Source of the DNA: Methylotenera sp. | GTDB taxonomy: Bacteria > Pseudomonadota > Gammaproteobacteria > Burkholderiales > Methylophilaceae | DNA: 57,355 nt | NCBI GenBank assembly: GCA_036675645.1 | Contig: JAKFEP010000186.1 | Location: forward strand, 1-57,355 | Reading direction: 5' to 3' | Part shown: positions 50,113 to 57,355 of the stretch, piece by piece | How positions within the stretch are numbered: position 1 is the first letter of the stretch | Layout: the number at the start of each line of letters is the position of its first letter | Made by a program: the position numbers and the translations under genes | Notes under the pieces: model-generated | Database searches by the model: none | The model's input: only the letters and a program-made list of their open reading frames with translations | What the model was told of the DNA's origin: nothing

Positions 50113-52236
50113 TTAATCTAAGCTGCTGAGTTGCTTTAAATTTTCAAAATCCTCTAAAGGAACTGGTTTTCCAAAGAGATAACCTTGACATAACTTACAA
50201 CCATGTTGCTCGAGGAATTCTCTTTGTGATTCCGTTTCAACTCCTTCAGCAATTACATCTATTCCCAGATTTTTTGCCATACCAATGATGGTTTGTACCA
50301 TAACCGCATCTTTTTCATTAGTTGAAATATTACGTACAAAAGACTGATCAATTTTAAGTTCATCTAAAGGCAATCTTGTTAAATAAGAAAGTGATGAATA
50401 ACCAGTACCGAAATCGTCTAAAGAAAAATACATGCCAAATTGTTTAAGTGCATTCATTTTTAAAATTGTGTCATCAATATTAATTAGCACAAGTGTTTCA
50501 GTGAGTTCAAGCTTGAGTTTTATAGGGTCTATCTCATTTTCTTTTACCGCATTAATAACTTGATCTACAAAATCAGGTTGGTGAAATTGACGTGCGCTCA
50601 CATTGATTGAGATTTTCAATTCTCTAGTTAGCGGGTTTTTCTGCCACACCTTAATTTGTTCGCAGGCAGTATTTAGTACCCACAGACCTATTGGAAGTAT
50701 TAATCCTGTTTCTTCGGCTAAGGGGATAAATTGCATTGGAGGAACCAGGCCTAATTTGGGATGCGGCCACCGAATTAAAACTTCAGCACCAAGAATTTTC
50801 TTTGAATGATCTACCTGCATTTGGAAATATAGTTTAAATTGCCCTTCTTTTACAGCAACTCTTAATTCATTTTCCATAACGCTTCGAGCTTCAAGCGTAG
50901 CTTGCATTTGTGGGTCATAAAAGCGCAATGTGTTTCGACCTGCATTTTTTGCTTGATACATTGCTGTATCTGCACGTTTAAGCAATTCATTAACACTTAT
51001 TTCTTGATTACAAAACAAGGTAATGCCGATACTTGCTGATCCAAAATATTCATGACCATTTAAGATATAAGATTCTGAAATAGTACTGAGTATTTTTTTT
51101 GCTAAATTCTCGACATAAGCCGCAGCTTTTTCAATATCTGCGTTCAAATCTTGGACTATAACAATAAACTCATCGCCTCCCAATCTTCCAATTGTGTCGG
51201 ACTTTCTTACACACAAACTCAACCTTTTGGCAATTTCGATTAGCAACATGTCACCAACATTATGACCTTGTACATCATTGAGCTTTTTGAAATTGTCTAG
51301 ATCGATAAAGAGTACAGAATCGTAATTTGCATGACGAATGCTAGCCGTATGAATGTTATTCAACCGATCAAGTAGAAGTTGTCGGTTTGGTAAATTAGTT
51401 AAGGAATCGTAGAAGGCTAGATGTTGAATTCGCTGTTCAATTAACTTACGCTCGGTAACGTCCTGACATGTACCTAAAACCCGTTCTGGATGTTCGTCCT
51501 CGTCTATACATATCCGCCAGTGCTCTTCTACATACTTTATTCGGCCATCTGACAAAAGCAGACGATGTTCTAGAGTTTGGTCAAAACTTTGGGATAAAGA
51601 TGAAATAAAAGCATTATTAACTTCAGCCCGGTCATCCGGGTGAACAATATCCAGAAAAGCCTGGTGTGAAGGGTTAAATTTTAAAGGATCAATTTCAAAT
51701 ATTCTGTAAGTTTCTTCCGACCATTTAACGGACATACTGGGAATTTCAGTTTCCCAGCTACCCATTTTAGCGACTTTTTGTGCTTGTGCTAATCGGAATC
51801 TTTCACTCTCAAGTAGCTCATGCGCCTTATTATTTTCACTCACATTAACAATTAAGGCGACATAACCAATTATTACTTCTTTCTTGCGAATTGGAGATAC
51901 TGAAAGTTTTACTAAAAAAGATTGACCGCTTTTTTGATTAAAATTTAAGTCATACCAAATGTTGTGAGATTTTGCAGTGCCTAAAATATTCAGCAACTTA
52001 TTCGCGTACTTTTTGGGAAAAATATCAAATAATTTTTTCCCTTTAACTGCGCGTTGGGATGTTTGATCAAACATTTCACACAACGCTGGGTTAGCATATA
52101 GAAATTCAGCACTGGTGGATAATACAGCGGCACATTCTGACATAGCATCAAGAATGTTTTTATATGGTAGTTTGGCAGGATTGACTAAAGATATAACCCC
52201 ACTCTTAGTTTCGTAATTCGACTCTCTCATTTGCAC
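50113..52236 (-). CDS. PAS-PAS-GGDEF-EAL protein
   Basis: GRLGGDEF, EVL, DDFGTGYSSL, EGVE, QGYLF. Confidence 0.9.
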   Translation of the reverse strand: MQMRESNYETKSGVISLVNPAKLPYKNILDAMSECAAVLSTSAEFLYANPALCEMFDQTSQRAVKGKKLFDIFPKKYANKLLNILGTAKSHNIWYDLNFNQKSGQSFLVKLSVSPIRKKEVIIGYVALIVNVSENNKAHELLESERFRLAQAQKVAKMGSWETEIPSMSVKWSEETYRIFEIDPLKFNPSHQAFLDIVHPDDRAEVNNAFISSLSQSFDQTLEHRLLLSDGRIKYVEEHWRICIDEDEHPERVLGTCQDVTERKLIEQRIQHLAFYDSLTNLPNRQLLLDRLNNIHTASIRHANYDSVLFIDLDNFKKLNDVQGHNVGDMLLIEIAKRLSLCVRKSDTIGRLGGDEFIVIVQDLNADIEKAAAYVENLAKKILSTISESYILNGHEYFGSASIGITLFCNQEISVNELLKRADTAMYQAKNAGRNTLRFYDPQMQATLEARSVMENELRVAVKEGQFKLYFQMQVDHSKKILGAEVLIRWPHPKLGLVPPMQFIPLAEETGLILPIGLWVLNTACEQIKVWQKNPLTRELKISINVSARQFHQPDFVDQVINAVKENEIDPIKLKLELTETLVLINIDDTILKMNALKQFGMYFSLDDFGTGYSSLSYLTRLPLDELKIDQSFVRNISTNEKDAVMVQTIIGMAKNLGIDVIAEGVETESQREFLEQHGCKLCQGYLFGKPVPLEDFENLKQLSSLD

Positions 52237-52397
52237 CTTCAGCGAATAGAAACTTAAAACAACAAATTAGCAACTAGTTTTTTAAATATACTAAGTAATA
52301 TACAGTAATAAACTAATTGATGATTTTCGAATGTGCCATTTTCTAGAGCCTCCCTGCGGCTTAGGTTACTCCCTCGCCGATCCGCAACCAAAATGAC

Positions 52398-52628
52398 TTA
52401 AGAATTTAATGAGCGGAATTTTCTTACTAGAAGGGGTTCTTTATTATATTTGCCCATTTGATTAAGATACTCATTTCCTTTATGGGTGAGAATCCATCCC
52501 ACTTTAAATTCAAACCTAATATAGTCGATAGAAAATAACGTACGGATGCTTGGGATATCAAGCTCAGTCATGCTTCCTTCGGCGATTCCGATAAGGGTAT
52601 TTTGAAATTCAACGGGAAGGGTTTCCAT
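52398..52628 (-). CDS. Small hypothetical protein (76 aa), probably leaderless
   Basis: ATG at 52628 is 6 nt after the -10 CAGAAT of a box promoter; C-terminal WILTHKGNEYL resembles a winged-helix wing. Confidence 0.55.
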   Translation of the reverse strand: METLPVEFQNTLIGIAEGSMTELDIPSIRTLFSIDYIRFEFKVGWILTHKGNEYLNQMGKYNKEPLLVRKFRSLNS

Positions 52629-52661
52629 CAAATGATTCTGATCCTGTGAGAAATACTTATC

Positions 52662-52677
52662 TGTACGTTAGCGAACA
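52662..52677 (-). promoter_or_regulatory. Palindromic Crp-family box inside the tRNA island
   Basis: Plus strand TGTACG-TTAG-CGAACA; on minus strand 21 nt then CAGAAT. Confidence 0.78.
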
Positions 52678-52834
52678 CATCGATGAAATATTGAAATTTC
52701 AAAGACGAATCAGCAAAGAACCTGTTTTAATTATTGTTTTAATATTAAATTTATCGGAATGTCTGCTTTGGGCCGTGACCAGACATTGTCACACCCCATA
52801 ACTAACCTATTGATATTATTAGAGATAAATAGGG

Positions 52835-52922
52835 TTAAAAGTTGTTACAACATATTGTTTTTATTGTATATTTACTCGCCCTGCCTTGCTAAGTTCCGTC
52901 AGCACTCGTCAAAAATGTCACG
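52835..52922 (+). repeat. Diverged second copy of the att arm at 48337-48424
   Basis: Gap-free 88-nt alignment from TTAAAAGT to TGTCACG; 41 of the first 46 nt identical. Confidence 0.8.
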
Positions 52923-53476
52923 CTGAAGTGTTTTTGGTATTAGACCTTTACTTGCTCTTCTTAGCTGCAATGGTTAAATTTGCTTTAACGACTGGATGCC
53001 GAGCAAGTGAGATTACTGGTCTTGAATGGAATCGGGTTGATCTAGAACGTAGAACAGCTTGGCTGGACAAGACTAAAAATGGTTCTCCGCGAGGTGTGCC
53101 ATTGAATCATGATGCAGTAAAAGTGTTACAAGCTTTAAAGGGAAGTCATCCCCAATATTGTTTTACCTATCAAGGAAAACCGATCAGGCGTGCTATAACA
53201 AATCACGCTTGGTATGCAGCCGTTGAACGTGTCGGATTAGGAGACTTTAGATTTCATGATCTTAGGCATACTTGGGCTTCATGGCATAGACAAGCTGGAA
53301 CGTCATGTGATGAACTTAAGGAGCTAGGCGGCTGGAAGTCTCGATCAATGGTTGATCGTTACGCTAAATTTGCAACTGAACATTTAGCTGTGGCAGCCAA
53401 CAGGATTGACTCTGGTCAACTTGGTAAAGTCATACCGTTGTCACGTTTTAGTCACGCTAATGAAAAAGCGGCTTAG
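52886..53476 (+). pseudogene. 5'-truncated tyrosine recombinase/integrase
   Basis: Catalytic residues present (TGCRASE, TKNG, HDLRH, LGGW, RYA); N-terminal arm/core-binding domains absent; ORF start lies within the att arm. Confidence 0.82.
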
Positions 53477-53499
53477 AGGTGTTTCACTCTAAACCGCTT
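53463..53499 (-). terminator. Island-supplied terminator for tRNA-Lys
   Basis: Minus strand AAGCGGTTTAGAG-TGAAACAC-CTCTAAGCCGCTT followed by TTT. Confidence 0.75.
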
Positions 53500-53505
53500 A
53501 AATAT

Positions 53506-53581
53506 TGGTAGGGCGTGCGGGGATCGAACCCACGACAAACGGATTAAAAGTCCGCTGCTCTACCAGCTGAGCTAACGCCCC
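53506..53581 (-). tRNA. tRNA-Lys(UUU)
   Basis: GGGGCGTTAGCTCAGCTGGTAGAGCAGCGGACTTTTAATCCGTTTGTCGTGGGTTCGATCCCCGCACGCCCTACCA, 76 nt, anticodon TTT. Confidence 0.97.
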
Positions 53582-53830
53582 ATTAAGTTAGTTTAGTTAA
53601 ACTATTTGGGTAAACCTGGTGTTTGACACATTTTCGTAGTCAATATGCATTAGCTACGAAAGGGCGCAATTATGCTAGAAACTGGCTGTTTGGTCAACGA
53701 CTGTTTCGTGTTTTTAAACTTATTTTCAACTTATAACCCTTAAATCAGCGGCTAACCATTATTACTCAAATTACATACTCAATAACTTGTATAAACATCA
53801 ATGAATAAAAAACTTTTCGCCCTGCTATAA

Positions 53831-54508
<678 letters not shown>

Positions 54509-54634
54509 AGAGTCGAACTGGTACCAAATTCTGTAGGTCTAGTATTAATGAAGTTTGGCTATAAATATTCAGCCCAATTTAATCAGTACAGAAATACATA
54601 CAGAGCTTAAGTTAAACAGTGAAAGGAAAACAAC

Positions 54635-55084
54635 ATGTCTACTGGCACCGTTAAATTACACAGAGTATTGAGTGCGCCACCAGAAAGGGTGTACCGTGCG
54701 TTTCTAGATGCAGACGCCATGGCCAAATGGTTACCGCCACACGGCTTTACCTGTAAAGTGCACCAGCTAGATGCCAAGGTTGGCGGCACTTACAAAATGT
54801 CGTTCACTAACTTTTCTACAGGCAGCAGCCACGCTTTTGGCGGTAAATATTTGGAGTTGATTCCAAATACGCTGATTCGCAACACCGATGTTTTTGATGA
54901 CCCAAACTGGCCTGGCGAAATGATTACCACGGTTTCTCTCAAGCAAGTCTCAGTGGGCACCGAAGTCAATATCACGCAAGAAGGTATTCCTGAAGTGATT
55001 CCTGTAGAAGGTTGTTACTTAGGCTGGCAAGAATCGCTGACCTTGCTGGCACAGCTTGTACAGGCTGAGATTCCAGACCAATAA
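54635..55084 (+). CDS. SRPBCC/AHSA1 family protein
   Basis: LHRVLSAPPERVYRAF, DAKVGG, GWQESL. Confidence 0.85.
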   Translation: MSTGTVKLHRVLSAPPERVYRAFLDADAMAKWLPPHGFTCKVHQLDAKVGGTYKMSFTNFSTGSSHAFGGKYLELIPNTLIRNTDVFDDPNWPGEMITTVSLKQVSVGTEVNITQEGIPEVIPVEGCYLGWQESLTLLAQLVQAEIPDQ

Positions 55085-55378
55085 CAAACCAATTAACAAC
55101 TGGGTCACAACTTAGCATTAAGTCTCATTTGTTTTGCCTGGCTAGTTGGCAATCAAGTTGTGGCATTGCGTAACTGATATTCGCTCAAGCTAACCCGCTT
55201 ACCTGGGGAGAGTGAGAGTTTGCTATCTCGGTTGTAATATCTTAAATCGGGTTAAGCTTAATTCCACGCCATTGTATGGATTTAGGATTAAACTACCAAT
55301 CAACGTTGGGAGCAATTTACGTAATTTAGGCAACCGAGAGCCAACTTTCCGTGCCAAAATCTATAAAGGATTGATTAC

Positions 55379-55864
55379 ATGAAACTTCGCGCACTCGTTT
55401 TAATCGGCGTATTAGGCTTATTTTTAATCTTCATCATACTCAATTGGACAACTATCATGGCGCCCACAACGCTTTATTTAGGTGTCGCAAGAGTGAATGC
55501 GCCGCTTGGTTTGGTGATGCTGGGTATGATTGCTTTACTAACGGCGCTGTTTCTTGTCTTTGTCGTTTATCTGCAAACATCGGTTTTGTTTGAAGCGCGT
55601 CGCCATGCCAAAGAATTACAAACCAACCGAGAATTAGCCGACAAAGCGGAAGCCTCTCGTTTTACTGAATTGCGCCAGTTTATGGAGGCAGAAATACAAA
55701 AACAAGCAATTGCTCAAGTTGAAGCCGAATCCACCTTATTGGCAAAATTAGATGCGCTAAATGCAGACATTCATCGTGCAATCGATGTGTCTGGCAATTC
55801 GCTCTCTGCTTATATTGGCGAGCTAGAAGACCGCCTTGAAACCAAGTTTTCTGACCAAAAATAA
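55379..55864 (+). CDS. LapA-like (DUF1049) membrane protein with C-terminal coiled coil
   Basis: Two TM helices around ILNW...APLGLVML, then a helical charged tail. Confidence 0.65.
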   Translation: MKLRALVLIGVLGLFLIFIILNWTTIMAPTTLYLGVARVNAPLGLVMLGMIALLTALFLVFVVYLQTSVLFEARRHAKELQTNRELADKAEASRFTELRQFMEAEIQKQAIAQVEAESTLLAKLDALNADIHRAIDVSGNSLSAYIGELEDRLETKFSDQK

Positions 55865-56065
55865 TCATCCGCATGACTTAATTGTTTAATTAGCATTAAT
55901 GGGCCAATATCCTTAAAAAATTTAATCGCTTAATTTGACCACACAAAGTCTTATCAGCATTAATTATTAAGTCTTGTACTCATCCCCCGCCTCAACCGCA
56001 TGACAAGCAATGCGAAAGGCCATGCCTTCAAGTATAATTTCGGAATTCATATTCAAGACCAATAA

Positions 56066-57355
<1,290 letters not shown>

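Larger units (their letters stand above)
48299..53551. mobile_element. Decayed integrative island in tRNA-Lys(UUU)
   Basis: 46-bp direct repeats, truncated tyrosine integrase, visibly more AT-rich cargo. Confidence 0.85.

Noticed and set aside
55203-55345. Faint resemblance to a yybP-ykoY riboswitch (GGGGAG...GGCAACCGAGA)
   Set aside because: Core motifs are incomplete and the downstream gene is not a Mn/TerC-type transporter

Overview
57 kb bacterial window, probably Betaproteobacteria; the gene style and moderately AT-rich composition suggest Methylophilaceae, but the taxonomy is inferred. Core genes flank it on the left (pepP partial, murU, amgK, lptD-surA-pdxA-rsmA) and right (tRNA-Lys, adk, leuS partial). 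Between them is a ~40 kb accessory block: cyclic beta-1,2-glucan synthase, two cardiolipin synthases, a sorbosone-type dehydrogenase, duplicated DUF3309-like and lipoprotein genes, c-di-GMP enzymes, czcCBA, AsmA, AI-2E, an HDO/ATP-grasp/methyltransferase trio and four paralogous Crp/Fnr regulators. A decayed ~5 kb island sits in tRNA-Lys(UUU). Main discovery: a 16-bp palindrome TGTDCG-N4-CGHACA occurs 14 times (some copies degenerate), found by eye in intergenic DNA. In 13 cases it lies 20-22 bp (mostly 21) upstream of a sigma70-like -10 hexamer, i.e. centred near -41.5, the class II CRP/FNR position. This outlines a candidate Crp-paralog-driven general-stress regulon that includes an unannotated ~84-nt sRNA and two apparently leaderless mRNAs.
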